Positions 1 to 10,768 of a stretch of DNA of 62,090 nt are shown here, piece by piece. Source of the stretch: Bacillota bacterium (GTDB lineage Bacteria; Bacillota; Limnochordia; DTU080); contig DUQB01000116.1 in assembly GCA_012838035.1 (NCBI GenBank), positions 1-62,090 on the forward strand, in the 5' to 3' direction. The notes under the pieces were generated by a model. It saw only the letters and a program-made list of their open reading frames with translations, was not told the DNA's origin and made no database searches. The position numbers and the translations under genes were made by a program. The first letter of the stretch is position 1. Every line of letters begins with the position of its first letter.

Positions 1-725
1 ACGGCACGCAAACGGTACGGTAAATATCGTATGCCGACTCTTTTCGCTAAGAATTCAATCGCGGCAGTCTGTTGCATGCTGGCTTTGATGGTCTTATCCA
101 CATTGGCCGTCTCGGCGTTAACCAAGCGGTTGATCCGGTTTTTCATGCCTTTTACAATGCGTATATTCTCCAACGCCAGCACAGCCTGATGCGCCTCGAC
201 CAAGCGTAAAAACTCTCCAATCTGTTCACCGTCTTTAATGTAGATGACATAGCCTTGTCTCTTTGGAGTGACCTGCGCTCTTACCCCCAATTCCTCCAGC
301 AGTTGCACCAGACGTTGGGCGCGCTTTCGGTCGCTGAGATTGATCTCCAGGTGATAGGTGCGATCAGGCGTGGTGATGGATCCCGAGGTGAGGAAGACGC
401 CGCGTAAAAAGGCACGTCGACAACAGCGTCGTGTGGGCAGACCATGTTCATCGGGCTGCACTACGACCGGAGGTTCCGTAAGTGATATTCGGTAGCGATA
501 TTGCCGTTTCTGCCGGCGTACCACCAGTGACGGACGATCAAAACCTACCCTCTTTAAGAGCAGAAGCAGTTTGCGAGCAATAGCGGCGCTGCTGTAATCA
601 ACCTCTAGAGTAGACTTGATGGAAGTATGCGTCAGCCCGGCGATTTCCGCTAAGCAACAACACTTCTTCTTAGGGATGATCCGTGTCAGTTCCTCACGTG
701 TTTTAGCAGAAAAAGGCAACGGCAT
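1..725 (-). CDS. whiA: DNA-binding protein WhiA (3' end runs off the window)
   Basis: Manual translation from ATG at 725: MPLPFSAKTREELTRII...AFLRGVFLTSGSITTPDRTYHLEI...NRINRLVNAETANVDKT. Follows rapZ-yvcK in the conserved cluster. Absent from the ORF track because it is truncated. Confidence 0.92.
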   Translation of the reverse strand, partial: MPLPFSAKTREELTRIIPKKKCCCLAEIAGLTHTSIKSTLEVDYSSAAIARKLLLLLKRVGFDRPSLVVRRQKRQYRYRISLTEPPVVVQPDEHGLPTRRCCRRAFLRGVFLTSGSITTPDRTYHLEINLSDRKRAQRLVQLLEELGVRAQVTPKRQGYVIYIKDGEQIGEFLRLVEAHQAVLALENIRIVKGMKNRINRLVNAETANVDKTIKASMQQTAAIEFLAKRVGIRYLPYRLRA

Positions 726-770
726 TGCTCTAACCTTCTCATCCTTCATATCGTACGCACCACACAAGCG

Positions 771-2093
771 TCACTTACGGAAATTCAATAAGTAACGACG
801 TACACGATGATGCTTAGCCAGTTCGAGTACGGCTCCGGCAAGACGTTTAGGATCGTGACGCACCAGGTTCGACTCATTAATGAGCGGCCGCATGACTGGT
901 ATTGCCCCTAAGGCACGTACTTCCGCAGGGTCATTGACCACCGGATACGCGTCTTGGGCGCGATAACGTTTAGCCGATGCTTCGGCAATGGTTGTATTGT
1001 TCATTAGGCAGTAGTGCACGAAATTCGGTCCGACGTGATCCAGGACGGCACGCAAATGATCGGATGCCGTGTAGCCGGCGGTCTCCCCGGGCTGAGTCAT
1101 CACATTACATATGTAAACGCGCACCGCCGCCGATTTCCGGATCTCTTCCACCATCGAGGCGACCAGGAGGTTAGGCATAATGCTGGTATATAAACTGCCT
1201 GGTCCCAGCACAATGATGTCGGCTGCGGCAATCGCCTGCAAGGCTTCATCCAGCGGTTCAACGTCGTGTGGTTCAATAAACACGCGGCGAATGCGTTTAC
1301 CCTCCAGAGGAATGTGGCTCTCCCCCGTCACAACGCAGCCATCTGCATATTCGGCCTTGAGTACGACGGATTCCAACGTACTGGGCAGTACCTTCCCGCG
1401 TATGGCCAGCACCTTGGACGACAACTGGATGGCTTCATCAAAGTCACCGGCGATCTGGTTCATGGCCGTTATGAACAAGTTGCCGAAACTGTGCCCGGAA
1501 AGAGCGTTATCGCCGGGAAAACGGTACTGGAACAACTCTTGCATCAATGGCTCCGCATCCGCCAAAGCGACCAGGGTATTACGAATATCACCCGGCGGTA
1601 GGACGCCGAAGTCTTCTCTCAACCTGCCGGAGCTTCCGCCATCATCGGCCACGGTGACGATAGCTGTGATGTTACTAGTATACTCCTTCAGCCCTCGCAA
1701 CAATGTAGACAGTCCCGTACCGCCGCCTATGGCCACCACATGAGGCCCACGGCGCAGTAAACGGCGAGAGAACATAATATCCACCACGTTGTTCGCTCTG
1801 CCGGGATCGAGCTCAAAAAGCAGCGTACGTATTGTTTGCCGTATTCCTACCGAAGCAAGCGTTACGCCCATAAGCAGGAATACGATCGCCACAATCGTCG
1901 TCGCGAATGGTGGTAACCGTCCGGTCACTTGGTAAAGCAAGGCCAACACGTTGCGCTCAAAAAGAGTGAGAATTTCCACTCCGGCAAGCAGCCAAAAGCC
2001 CCCGCTGATAAGCATAATGCCGACGGCTAACAGGAGGACCCACCGCTTTACATTCATTCCCGGGTATAACCACTTTATGACCTGGAGTGACAT
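771..2093 (-). CDS. yvcK: Gluconeogenesis factor YvcK/GlmR (UPF0052), long form with N-terminal TM helices
   Basis: GGGTGLS, VTVADDGGSSG, PPGDIRN and GPGSLYTS motifs; lies between rapZ and whiA. Confidence 0.93.
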   Translation of the reverse strand: MSLQVIKWLYPGMNVKRWVLLLAVGIMLISGGFWLLAGVEILTLFERNVLALLYQVTGRLPPFATTIVAIVFLLMGVTLASVGIRQTIRTLLFELDPGRANNVVDIMFSRRLLRRGPHVVAIGGGTGLSTLLRGLKEYTSNITAIVTVADDGGSSGRLREDFGVLPPGDIRNTLVALADAEPLMQELFQYRFPGDNALSGHSFGNLFITAMNQIAGDFDEAIQLSSKVLAIRGKVLPSTLESVVLKAEYADGCVVTGESHIPLEGKRIRRVFIEPHDVEPLDEALQAIAAADIIVLGPGSLYTSIMPNLLVASMVEEIRKSAAVRVYICNVMTQPGETAGYTASDHLRAVLDHVGPNFVHYCLMNNTTIAEASAKRYRAQDAYPVVNDPAEVRALGAIPVMRPLINESNLVRHDPKRLAGAVLELAKHHRVRRYLLNFRK

Positions 2094-2142
2094 TTCGCAT
2101 CCCTGCCGTTAACCAGATATTCTTCCTGAAAACGACGGTCAC

Positions 2143-3033
2143 TTAGACGACACTGTCGACATGTGATTGATCATCACTGATGTCTCGATGGTCGATGCGC
2201 GTTTGGTAACCCAACGAACGCACAAAATGACCAAGATTGTTTGCTACGGCCACCGAACGATGCTGGCCCCCGGTACATCCTACGCCGATGATGAGGTGCG
2301 TTTTCCCCTCGTTGACAAACTGCGGCAAAAGAAAGCTGAGCAAATCGGTGACTTTTTCCACAAACCGTTGAGTATTGGGCCAGCAAAACACGTACTCTTC
2401 CACCGCGGGATCATTACCCGTCAAAGGCTTTAGAGAAGCAACATAATGCGGATTAGGCAAAAAGCGCACGTCAAAGATCATGTCCGCATCGAGCGGTATG
2501 CCGTTTTTAAAGCCGAAGGAGACAATGGCCACTGAGAGCGACTCCGAATCGCGCTCCCCGAAAAAGCGTTTGATTTCCGCATGCATCTGTCGGGTACTCA
2601 TGTGTGTCGTATCTATAATGTGATGAGCCCTTCCCCGCACGCCTTCCAGCCTAAGGCGCTCCGTAGCCAAGCTGTCTACGATCCGGCCCTGCGGCGCCAG
2701 AGGATGTCTGCGCCGGGTCTCTTTGTAGCGCCGGACCAATGCTTCCTGCGATGCCTCCAGATAGAGAATCTGGTATGGAATAGCCTTACTTTCGAGTTCG
2801 TTGAGGGCTTCGAACAGCGAGTTAAAGAACTCACCACCACGGATATCGCATACAACCACCACTCGGTTGACACGCTCAGCTGACTGAACGCAGAGTTCGG
2901 CAAATTTCGGCACTAAAGCCGGTGGCAGGTTATCGACGCAAAAGTAACCCATATCTTCAAAGCAGCGCATGGCCTCCGATTTACCTGCGCCCGAAAGCCC
3001 AGTAATGATAACGAATTTCAGGTTTGCTGACAT
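2143..3033 (-). CDS. rapZ: RNase adapter RapZ (YvcJ) P-loop protein
   Basis: ITGLSGAGKS, DNLP, SFGFKNG, FDVRFLPNP and GCTGGQHRSV motifs. Confidence 0.95.
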   Translation of the reverse strand: MSANLKFVIITGLSGAGKSEAMRCFEDMGYFCVDNLPPALVPKFAELCVQSAERVNRVVVVCDIRGGEFFNSLFEALNELESKAIPYQILYLEASQEALVRRYKETRRRHPLAPQGRIVDSLATERLRLEGVRGRAHHIIDTTHMSTRQMHAEIKRFFGERDSESLSVAIVSFGFKNGIPLDADMIFDVRFLPNPHYVASLKPLTGNDPAVEEYVFCWPNTQRFVEKVTDLLSFLLPQFVNEGKTHLIIGVGCTGGQHRSVAVANNLGHFVRSLGYQTRIDHRDISDDQSHVDSVV

Positions 3034-3126
3034 ATCGGCACCTCAGCCATTGCTCCTAACAGAGCGTCTAGATAGAGTGACCTGTCTCACATCAACCGAC
3101 GGAAGCTGACCGCTACGAAAGATTCC

Positions 3127-3888
3127 TTATCTTCTGCGCCATTCCCTGCCCTGCGGCGAGACATTTAGTATTTGCTGCGGATCCAGCCCTGCCTGCCGAG
3201 CCAAATTCCACCCAGCCGTCAGATCGCCTACTCGCCTCGGTTCGTGCGCATCGCTGCCTATGGCGAAGAGGACGCCGGTTTCAGCTGCTCGCCTTAGATA
3301 ATCACAGGTGGTATGCCGGTGTCCGCTGTTGATTTCCATAGCCGTGCCCGTCACAACGCAGGCTTTTGCTAATTCCCGCGTGTCGATGGGCAAACGATAG
3401 CCCGGATGCGTTACAATATGCACGCGATTGCGATGAACGGCCGCCACCAGCATATCCGTATTCTTCACCAAAGCTTGTCGTTCACCCTGCCGGCAAACTT
3501 TGGCCATAATATTACTATACGCGATCGGCATGGCCCGCCAAAGCGAGCGCGGCTTCACCAAAATATGCAAGCCTATAAGCAGTAGATCAAAAACGTCCTG
3601 CATCGGCAGGGGGATATCGATGGTTCCATCGGTATCAATGACGTTGGCCTCAGCGGCATACAACACCTTCACACCTGATACCTGCCGTTTGGCCTCCTCA
3701 ATGTCGCTGCGGATACAGGCAAATGTATCGAGGTTCCCTACACCTACGCCAAAAAGATTGGCCGGACCGTGATCAGCTATTGCAATCTCCTTCAGCCCGC
3801 GACGCTGTGCGGCATACGCATTGTCCAGCACTGTCCCCACACCATGACTATAGCATGTATGCGTGTGCCAATCGGCATAGAAACGCAA
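3127..3888 (-). CDS. PHP-domain phosphoesterase
   Basis: DWHTHT, IADHGP, EAN, THPG and GSDAH motifs. Confidence 0.88.
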   Translation of the reverse strand: MRFYADWHTHTCYSHGVGTVLDNAYAAQRRGLKEIAIADHGPANLFGVGVGNLDTFACIRSDIEEAKRQVSGVKVLYAAEANVIDTDGTIDIPLPMQDVFDLLLIGLHILVKPRSLWRAMPIAYSNIMAKVCRQGERQALVKNTDMLVAAVHRNRVHIVTHPGYRLPIDTRELAKACVVTGTAMEINSGHRHTTCDYLRRAAETGVLFAIGSDAHEPRRVGDLTAGWNLARQAGLDPQQILNVSPQGREWRRR

Positions 3889-3915
3889 TTAGTAAACCAC
3901 CTCCTTCCGCGGGCT

Positions 3916-5928
3916 CTACAAATCAAGCTCCAGAGGCGCTCGAGCGAACTCTTCCGCCCATAAACGCAACAGTTCCGCCACACTCCAGGCTTGAGCCGGA
4001 CACCCTGCCGGCAAATGAGGCGAATCGCCGGAAAAGATCTCTGAGATGTGACCTAAGCCTGCTTGTTCTAAATGATCGAACAGCGGCGCCAACAAGAGGC
4101 GTGCCTGGTTCAGCTGCCGTCGCCCCGCACCGTGCGTCTTAATGTAGGCAGAGATAAACGGCCCCATCAGCCAGGCCCAGACCGTCCCTTGGTGATAAGC
4201 GCCATCGCGCTGCCATTGATCTCCTGCATACACGCCGCGGTACCGGGTATCTGTAGCGGCCAGCGAGCGTATCCCCATGGGAGTGAGGAGTTCTTGCCAT
4301 ACTCTTCTTACCGCCCGTACGGCGTCTTTACCGGTAAAAACAGGGTATGGCAAACTCATGGCAAAGAGTTGATTAGGCCGCAGACTGGCATCGACCTGAC
4401 CTGCAGCGTCAACTACGTCCGCCAGGTAGTCCCGTTCGGCATCCCAAAAGGTGGCGGCGAAATGTCGTTTGGTCAGTTCCGCCTGTTCATAACACAAAGT
4501 GCTGAAACGCTTATCCCAGCGCGAACAAAGCGCAGCCGCACTGCGCAACGCGTTGTACCAAAGAGCGCTGATCTCCACAGGAAAACCTTGCCGCGGAGTG
4601 ACTACCCAATCACCGACCTTCGCATCCATCCAAGTCAACTGCGTATTTGCTGCGCCGGCATGGACCAATCCCCGTTTGTCCACTTGGATATTGAACCTGG
4701 TTCCCGCCAGATACCCGGTAATAATGGCTTTGATGACGGGCCAAATCGGCTCCAAGTCGGCCGGAGAGTTAGTATGGGTTACATAGCGCTCACAGGCATA
4801 AATAAACCAAAGCGCGGCATCTACGGTATTATACTCCGGTGTGCTATGCCGATCGGGAAAGCGATTGGGAATCAAACCATCCTGGGCGGCTGCGGCAAAG
4901 GTCTTTAAGGTGGAAAGAGCTTCCTCTGCACGCCCTGTAGCTAGCAGAAGACCGGGCAAAGCAATCATGGTGTCTCTGCCCCAATCGGTAAACCACGGAT
5001 ATCCGGCAATAATACTTGTCGTCCTGCCGCGCCGGATCACAAAGGCATCGGCAGCCAGCGTCAGTAGGGCTGCGACTCCCGGCGGATGTTGCGCTAACGC
5101 CAACAAGCGTTCTTGCTCTTCCGCTACACGCGTAAACGCTTGCCGTCCGTATGCTTCCACACCGGCGGCTGATGCAGCGTAATCTGGTTCTTCCGCCGTG
5201 ATCACCAGGTAGATATCTCTATCCCAGTTGGTGAACGTGATCCGCCCCGGTGCGAACAGATCTTCTTCATCATCCAAACCGCGGGCAGATTCAGCCGGAT
5301 ACCGCACATTCTCATACCAGACTTCTTCTGGAGAAAACTCCCCTGCATTGCAACCTAGCCAAGTCGTCGGCATATCTGCAGCGGAGGAAACGATTAGACA
5401 CTGATTCTTTTGAGATACATGGAAACATTCCGGAGTGGCCCGACGCGTAGCATGGTAGTCTCTACCGGCAAAGAGCGGACGTATCACCAGTTGCATGTTC
5501 TTCCCGTCTCCTGCCGCCAAACGGTAGCGCACCACTGTGGTATTGGCGCCTTTAACCATGGTAAGCTGTTTTTCGATAATCCAATCACCGGCTGTATAGA
5601 TCCATGTTGGGTATGGATACGGCGTGAAACGGTGCAGATGGGTATAACCCTGAGGGTGAATCACGTCGTCGGGATACCAAGCTGCGCCTAAAGACCAGCT
5701 TCGGTCGCCTTGCCGGACTTCCTCCAGCAGTTGGGCTAGTAGTACAAAGCGGTTTTCAACCTTCGGGGCCGCCAACAAAACGGCATGGTACCGCCGGGTG
5801 TTGATGCCGCCTACCGTACCCGAGGCAAAACCGCCTAATCCATTGGTAGAGAGCCACTCGTAGGTTACAGCCTGTTGGGGTTGTTGCACGGATGGTCCGG
5901 AAACAGCAATTTGTCGCAATGCGGTCAC
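3916..5928 (-). CDS. Amylo-alpha-1,6-glucosidase / glycogen debranching enzyme (GDE_N + GDE_C)
   Basis: EWLSTNGLGGFASG, IIAGYPWFTDWGRDTMI, YNTVDA, TWMDAKV, YHQGTVWAW and AQAWSVAE motifs. Confidence 0.92.
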   Translation of the reverse strand: MTALRQIAVSGPSVQQPQQAVTYEWLSTNGLGGFASGTVGGINTRRYHAVLLAAPKVENRFVLLAQLLEEVRQGDRSWSLGAAWYPDDVIHPQGYTHLHRFTPYPYPTWIYTAGDWIIEKQLTMVKGANTTVVRYRLAAGDGKNMQLVIRPLFAGRDYHATRRATPECFHVSQKNQCLIVSSAADMPTTWLGCNAGEFSPEEVWYENVRYPAESARGLDDEEDLFAPGRITFTNWDRDIYLVITAEEPDYAASAAGVEAYGRQAFTRVAEEQERLLALAQHPPGVAALLTLAADAFVIRRGRTTSIIAGYPWFTDWGRDTMIALPGLLLATGRAEEALSTLKTFAAAAQDGLIPNRFPDRHSTPEYNTVDAALWFIYACERYVTHTNSPADLEPIWPVIKAIITGYLAGTRFNIQVDKRGLVHAGAANTQLTWMDAKVGDWVVTPRQGFPVEISALWYNALRSAAALCSRWDKRFSTLCYEQAELTKRHFAATFWDAERDYLADVVDAAGQVDASLRPNQLFAMSLPYPVFTGKDAVRAVRRVWQELLTPMGIRSLAATDTRYRGVYAGDQWQRDGAYHQGTVWAWLMGPFISAYIKTHGAGRRQLNQARLLLAPLFDHLEQAGLGHISEIFSGDSPHLPAGCPAQAWSVAELLRLWAEEFARAPLELDL

Positions 5929-6024
5929 ACATCCTTACGAGATTCAATTAGGCAACCTGGTGATGCGATAAGGGCACCCCAGATTAGGCTTTGCCATTCG
6001 CGGTCAGAAATTGCGCTATACGGC

Positions 6025-6056
6025 AAAGAAGGCGCCTCACGTCCGAGGCGCCCTTT
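6025..6056 (-). terminator. Intrinsic terminator downstream of lpdA
   Basis: GGCGCCTC/GAGGCGCC stem (6031-6052) followed by TTCTTT on the minus strand. Confidence 0.55.
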
Positions 6057-6100
6057 CATCACTCATTATTCATCTTTCGTCATAGGTGATTCTACCTGCG

Positions 6101-7492
6101 CTAAGCATGGATAGTCTGGTTGTTGATCCCCTCGGCAGCTTCCAAAACCGCCTCGGCCAAAGTGGGGTGGGCATGTATGGTGCGCGTCAGGTGATTTACA
6201 GTAAGTTGGTTGCGAACTGCCAAAGCCAGCTCCGCAATTAAATTGGACGCTTGGTCGCCGATAATATGCGCGCCTACTATCTGTTGATTATCTTTGCGAG
6301 CGATAATTTTGACAAAACCTGCCGTATGACCCGCAGCCACTGCTTTCCCGCTTGCCATAAACGAAAACTTGGCGCTGACGATCTCCATACCGGCCTCAGC
6401 CGCGGATTCCACGGTCACCCCCACGGCCGCAACCTCCGGAGTGGTGAATACTACCGCCGGTACCGCACTATAATCCATCACTTCCTGCGCATCGCCTAAA
6501 CATTGATGCGCGGCGACAATGCCTTGGTACGAGGCTACATGCGCCAGTTTCCATGGTGAGCTACAGGCATCGCCGACAGCATAGATGTGCGGAACCGCGG
6601 TTTGCATACGATCATCGACGATGATTTCGGCTTTTTCGTTTACACTCAAACCGGCCTTCTCCAGGTTGAGACCGGTCGTGTTAGCCCGTCGTCCGACGGC
6701 CACCAGTACTATATCGCCGGAAACGGACTTCCCGTTTTCCATCTGTACGGTAACCTGCATGTCATCCTTAACGACTTCAGACACCTTAACGCCTGTAAGC
6801 AGCTTGATACCTTGTCGTTTCAGATAACTCGCCAACTGCCGTACCAGTTCCTTATCCATCTGCGGTAGAATGGTAGGCAGCGCTTCAACCACGGTTACCT
6901 GCGTACCTAAACTCTGAAAAATGGAAGCGTATTCACAGCCGATGACGCCTCCGCCGATAATCACCATAGAGCGCGGTAACTTATCGAGATGGAGCAACTC
7001 ATCGGAAGTCACAACACGACTACCGTCATAGGCAAAAGCGGGAAACACCATAGGTTTGCTGCCCGGAGCCAGGATGAACTTATCAGCGGTGACGATGGTG
7101 GTTTGACCTGCCGCTTGTACACTAAGCGTATGTGGATCGTTGAAAGCGGCCCTACCTTGTATGCAGGTGATCTTACGCTTGCGCATAAGATACTCGATAC
7201 CCTGCACCAAGCGATCCACCACGCCTTTGGTGCGAGATATCATGGCTGGGAAGTCTATTTGCACGTCTCCGACGATGATGCCGTATTCTGCGGCCTGCTT
7301 TACGGCCAAGTACTTCTCAACGCTCGCCACCAACGCCTTAGTGGGAATGCATCCTCGGTTAAGGCATGTGCCGCCGATTTTATCACGCTCGATCAAACAT
7401 ACACGCGCCCCCAGTTGCGCTGCACGAATGGCAGCCACATATCCGCCCGGGCCGGCTCCTACTACAGCGACGTCAAAATGGCTCGATTCCAT
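6101..7492 (-). CDS. lpdA: Dihydrolipoyl dehydrogenase (E3)
   Basis: GAGPGGY, GGTCLNRGCIPTK and HAHPTLAE motifs. Confidence 0.95.
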   Translation of the reverse strand: MESSHFDVAVVGAGPGGYVAAIRAAQLGARVCLIERDKIGGTCLNRGCIPTKALVASVEKYLAVKQAAEYGIIVGDVQIDFPAMISRTKGVVDRLVQGIEYLMRKRKITCIQGRAAFNDPHTLSVQAAGQTTIVTADKFILAPGSKPMVFPAFAYDGSRVVTSDELLHLDKLPRSMVIIGGGVIGCEYASIFQSLGTQVTVVEALPTILPQMDKELVRQLASYLKRQGIKLLTGVKVSEVVKDDMQVTVQMENGKSVSGDIVLVAVGRRANTTGLNLEKAGLSVNEKAEIIVDDRMQTAVPHIYAVGDACSSPWKLAHVASYQGIVAAHQCLGDAQEVMDYSAVPAVVFTTPEVAAVGVTVESAAEAGMEIVSAKFSFMASGKAVAAGHTAGFVKIIARKDNQQIVGAHIIGDQASNLIAELALAVRNQLTVNHLTRTIHAHPTLAEAVLEAAEGINNQTIHA

Positions 7493-7523
7493 GCTTCAAC
7501 CTCGCTTCCTTATCAGTCAACTC

Positions 7524-7553
7524 ATTATAGCTAGGCCTTTACAACACTGTCAA
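7524..7553 (-). promoter_or_regulatory. sigmaA promoter of lpdA
   Basis: Minus-strand TTGACA (7553-7548), 18-nt spacer, TATAAT (7529-7524). Confidence 0.75.
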
Positions 7554-7595
7554 ACAAAGGTCGACTTACCATATGACCGCCTTACCGCCCCTGTT

Positions 7596-7647
7596 TGACA
7601 AATAAGATGACACATAGTTGACACCTGCTCTACACGCCTGATAGAAT
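7596..7647 (+). promoter_or_regulatory. glnRA promoter with GlnR-like operator
   Basis: TTGACA (7618-7623), 18-nt spacer, TGaTAGAAT (-10 at 7642-7647). TGACA-N7-TGACA at 7596-7612 is one mismatch from the GlnR/TnrA box TGTNA-N7-TNACA. Confidence 0.6.
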
Positions 7648-7718
7648 GGCTTAAACCTACTTGCATCATGACGACGAGAAAACCGGCTTCTCGCGCTCAA
7701 AACGGAGGAGGTTGCCAG

Positions 7719-8144
7719 ATGGGACCGGTGGAAAAAGATGTTCCTTTGTATCCAATCGGCATTGTGCAAGAACTTGTCGATCTCTCCGGCCGACAGATAC
7801 GCTATTATGAGAAGAAGGGGTTGATTTCTCCCGGTCGTACCAAAGGTAATCAACGTTTGTACAGCCAGAACGATATCGATGCCTTATCACGCATCAAACA
7901 GCTGATGGCGGAAGGACTGACACTAGAGGGCGTTCGGCAACAGCTTGAGGCAAATAAGGCAGGTATGCCCACTACGTCTGAACAACCGGACGCGATCGTT
8001 GCTAAGAGCCCGACACTAATGCGCTCCCAATTGGTCAGTCAGATAGACTCTCTCTATCCTGTGCGCAACCAAGCCGCACTGGTCCGCCTACTTGCGGCAC
8101 GGCGCGCCCTAAAAGACGAAAACGAACACCAAAGAACCACTTGA
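7719..8144 (+). CDS. glnR: MerR-family glutamine synthetase repressor GlnR
   Basis: [39 protein letters not shown] MerR HTH, directly upstream of glnA. Start moved to ATG 7719, which follows GGAGGAGG. Confidence 0.85.
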   Translation: MGPVEKDVPLYPIGIVQELVDLSGRQIRYYEKKGLISPGRTKGNQRLYSQNDIDALSRIKQLMAEGLTLEGVRQQLEANKAGMPTTSEQPDAIVAKSPTLMRSQLVSQIDSLYPVRNQAALVRLLAARRALKDENEHQRTT

Positions 8145-8181
8145 TCCGACACAGTATGTTTTACACTTAGGAGGTACGTTT

Positions 8182-9519
8182 TTGGTCCGCTTTACAAAAG
8201 AGGATATTCTACGCCTTGCCGAAGAACAGCATGTAAAATTCGTGCGCCTACAGTTTACCGATATCTTGGGTATATTAAAAAACGTCGCTATTCCAGTCAG
8301 CCAACTCGAGAGAGCCTTGGCGAACGAGATAATGTTTGACGGTTCATCTATCGAAGGCTTCACGCGTATTGAAGAATCGGACATGAATCTGCGTCCCGAT
8401 TACAATACATACACCACTTTTCCCTGGCGCAACGGCGGACGCGGTAGTGTGGCGCGCCTGATCTGCGACGTTTATCTGCCGAATAATGAGCCGTTTCCCG
8501 GTGACCCGCGCTATGTACTCAAGCAGGTGTTGGCCGAGGCTGAAAGCCTAGGGTTTAACGTGATGGTAGGTCCGGAGTGCGAGTTTTTTCTCTTCCGAAG
8601 AGACCCCGAAGGCCGTCCCATCCCTATCACGCACGACGAAGCCGGGTATTTCGACTTAGGCCCCGTGGACAAGGGTGAAGATTCCCGTCGGGACATCGTT
8701 CTCGCACTGGAAGAGATGGGTTTCGAAGTGGAGACGTCGCACCATGAAGTAGCGCAAGGCCAACATGAAATCGACTTCAAGTACGACGATGCCCTAACCG
8801 CAGCAGACCAAGTGGCGACGTTCAAGTTTGTTACACGCATTGTCGCCAGCAACCACGATTTGCATGCCACGTTCATGCCTAAACCTTTGTTCGGCGTATG
8901 CGGCAGTGGTATGCACACGAACATCTCGCTATTTACGGCAGGCGGACAAAATGCTTTTTACGATCCGGAGATGCCGTTTCAGCTTTCGCAAGTCTGTCGC
9001 TGGTTTATCGGCGGCATGTTGGCTCATGCTCCGGGATATACCCTGATTACCAACCCCTTGGTGAACTCGTATAAACGATTGGTTCCCGGGTATGAAGCGC
9101 CTTGTTATATCTCGTGGTCGGCGCAAAACCGCAGCGCATTGATTCGCATTCCCTCGAGTCGGGGAAAAGGGACGCGTGTGGAATTGCGATCGCCGGATCC
9201 GGCCTGCAACCCCTATTTAGCCTTTGCCGCCGTCATAGCCGCCGGTTTGGACGGTATACGCAACAAAATTGAACCGCCTGAATCCTTGAATAGAAATATC
9301 TATACGATGTCGCCCGAAGCTCGTGCTGCAGCAGGAGTCGCGAACTTGCCCGGCTCTTTAGCGGAAGCCATCGATGCCTTCGAACGTGATGAAGTGATTA
9401 AAGCCGCTTTAGGGCCGCATATCGTCGATCTACTTCTCGAGGCTAAGCATATTGAATGGGATGTGTATCGCAGCCAAGTGCATAGTTGGGAACTCGACCA
9501 GTACCTAGGCGTATTCTAG
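8182..9519 (+). CDS. glnA: Type I glutamine synthetase
   Basis: [40 protein letters not shown] and ELRSPDP motifs. Confidence 0.97.
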   Translation: MVRFTKEDILRLAEEQHVKFVRLQFTDILGILKNVAIPVSQLERALANEIMFDGSSIEGFTRIEESDMNLRPDYNTYTTFPWRNGGRGSVARLICDVYLPNNEPFPGDPRYVLKQVLAEAESLGFNVMVGPECEFFLFRRDPEGRPIPITHDEAGYFDLGPVDKGEDSRRDIVLALEEMGFEVETSHHEVAQGQHEIDFKYDDALTAADQVATFKFVTRIVASNHDLHATFMPKPLFGVCGSGMHTNISLFTAGGQNAFYDPEMPFQLSQVCRWFIGGMLAHAPGYTLITNPLVNSYKRLVPGYEAPCYISWSAQNRSALIRIPSSRGKGTRVELRSPDPACNPYLAFAAVIAAGLDGIRNKIEPPESLNRNIYTMSPEARAAAGVANLPGSLAEAIDAFERDEVIKAALGPHIVDLLLEAKHIEWDVYRSQVHSWELDQYLGVF

Positions 9520-9525
9520 AAGTGT

Positions 9526-9576
9526 GGCAATGCGAGCACTCGCAAACCCGCATGGTCGGCGGGTACTCGCATTGCC
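9526..9576. terminator. Hairpin between convergent glnA and alr
   Basis: GGCAATGCGAG/CTCGCATTGCC inverted repeat with an inner ACCCGC/GCGGGT stem. No clear U-tract. Confidence 0.45.
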
Positions 9577-9591
9577 TGCCATAACCGCGGT

Positions 9592-10749
9592 TTACACCGA
9601 TGTATACCACCTGGGGACTCTCCGGCTAATGCCGCACACAATCTCATAATTGATGGTGCCGCTCCAGGCAGCCCAGTCGTCGGCGGTTATCTCTTCGTCG
9701 CCTTGCTTGCCCATGAGCACCACGGGCGTGCCGATGGCGATTTCCTGCCTGCCCATATCCACCATGCATTGATCCATACAGATGCTGCCGACCACCGGAT
9801 AACGTCGTCCCTGGATGAGAACCGCTGCTCGGTGACTCATACGCCGCGTATATCCGTCGGCGTAACCTACCGGCAGCACGACAATGGTCGTGTCGGAGGA
9901 GGTTTTATATGTTGCTCCGTAGCCGACCGACGCACCTTGAGGCAAATGACGTACCGCAACGACCTCCGTCTCCAACGTCATGGCCGGGCGTAAGTCCAAA
10001 ACACGCGTCAGATGAGGCGACGGCGCTAAGCCGTATAATGCGATGCCCGCCCTAACAAGATTCATCTCCTCCATTGTCAGCGCCAACTGCATGATGGCCG
10101 CACTGTTCCCGGCATGCCGCCACGGGAGGTCTATACCCTGCCCCTTCAGAGCATGCAGCGTTTGACGGAACAGCGTCAGTTGCTGCAATGCGAAGGTGGT
10201 ATCTTCCGCATCAGCAGTCGCCAGGTGGGTGTAAACGCCTTGCAAATATACGCCGCCCTGTTTGGCCTGCATAGCGATTCTGACGGCCTCATCGGGCAAA
10301 AAACCCAGACGAGTCATCCCGGTATCGACTTTTAAATGCACGGGGATGCGCCGCCCGGCAGCCGCAGCTGTCAGCAAACCTGCCAACCCGGGGAGCGTAG
10401 CCAGTGTCGCCGTCAATTGCCACTCATAATAGTAGTGAGCGCAAGCTGGTGCAAACGCTCCCAAGACCAAGATAGGAGCAGTAATACCAGCTTTTCTTAG
10501 CACCACGCCTTCAGTGGGCAACGCCACGCCTAACCACGTGGCGCCTGCGGCTAAGGCAGCCTTAGCGACCGGAATTGCCCCATGACCATAACCGTCCGCT
10601 TTGACGATCGCCATCAACTCCGGCTTGTGTCCATCCATAGCGGCAGCTTTTTGTAGCGAACGCGTGTTTTCTGCAATCGCCGCCAAATCCACAATGGCTC
10701 GCAAACGGCGACATTGCCCCAATTCGCACCCGTGTGTTTGCACCGTCAT
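9592..10749 (-). CDS. alr: Alanine racemase
   Basis: AIVKADGYGHGA (PLP lysine), VDTGMTRLG, GYADG and CMDQ motifs. Confidence 0.95.
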   Translation of the reverse strand: MTVQTHGCELGQCRRLRAIVDLAAIAENTRSLQKAAAMDGHKPELMAIVKADGYGHGAIPVAKAALAAGATWLGVALPTEGVVLRKAGITAPILVLGAFAPACAHYYYEWQLTATLATLPGLAGLLTAAAAGRRIPVHLKVDTGMTRLGFLPDEAVRIAMQAKQGGVYLQGVYTHLATADAEDTTFALQQLTLFRQTLHALKGQGIDLPWRHAGNSAAIMQLALTMEEMNLVRAGIALYGLAPSPHLTRVLDLRPAMTLETEVVAVRHLPQGASVGYGATYKTSSDTTIVVLPVGYADGYTRRMSHRAAVLIQGRRYPVVGSICMDQCMVDMGRQEIAIGTPVVLMGKQGDEEITADDWAAWSGTINYEIVCGISRRVPRWYTSV

Positions 10750-10768
10750 CCCAGCTTATCATTGGTCA

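Noticed and set aside
771-2093. N-terminal membrane extension on YvcK as a novel fusion
   Set aside because: Long TM-bearing YvcK forms are familiar from clostridia and cyanobacteria.
4072-4908. 278-aa plus-strand ORF
   Set aside because: Antisense shadow of the debranching enzyme gene with no recognisable motifs. The same applies to most short overlapping ORFs in the track.
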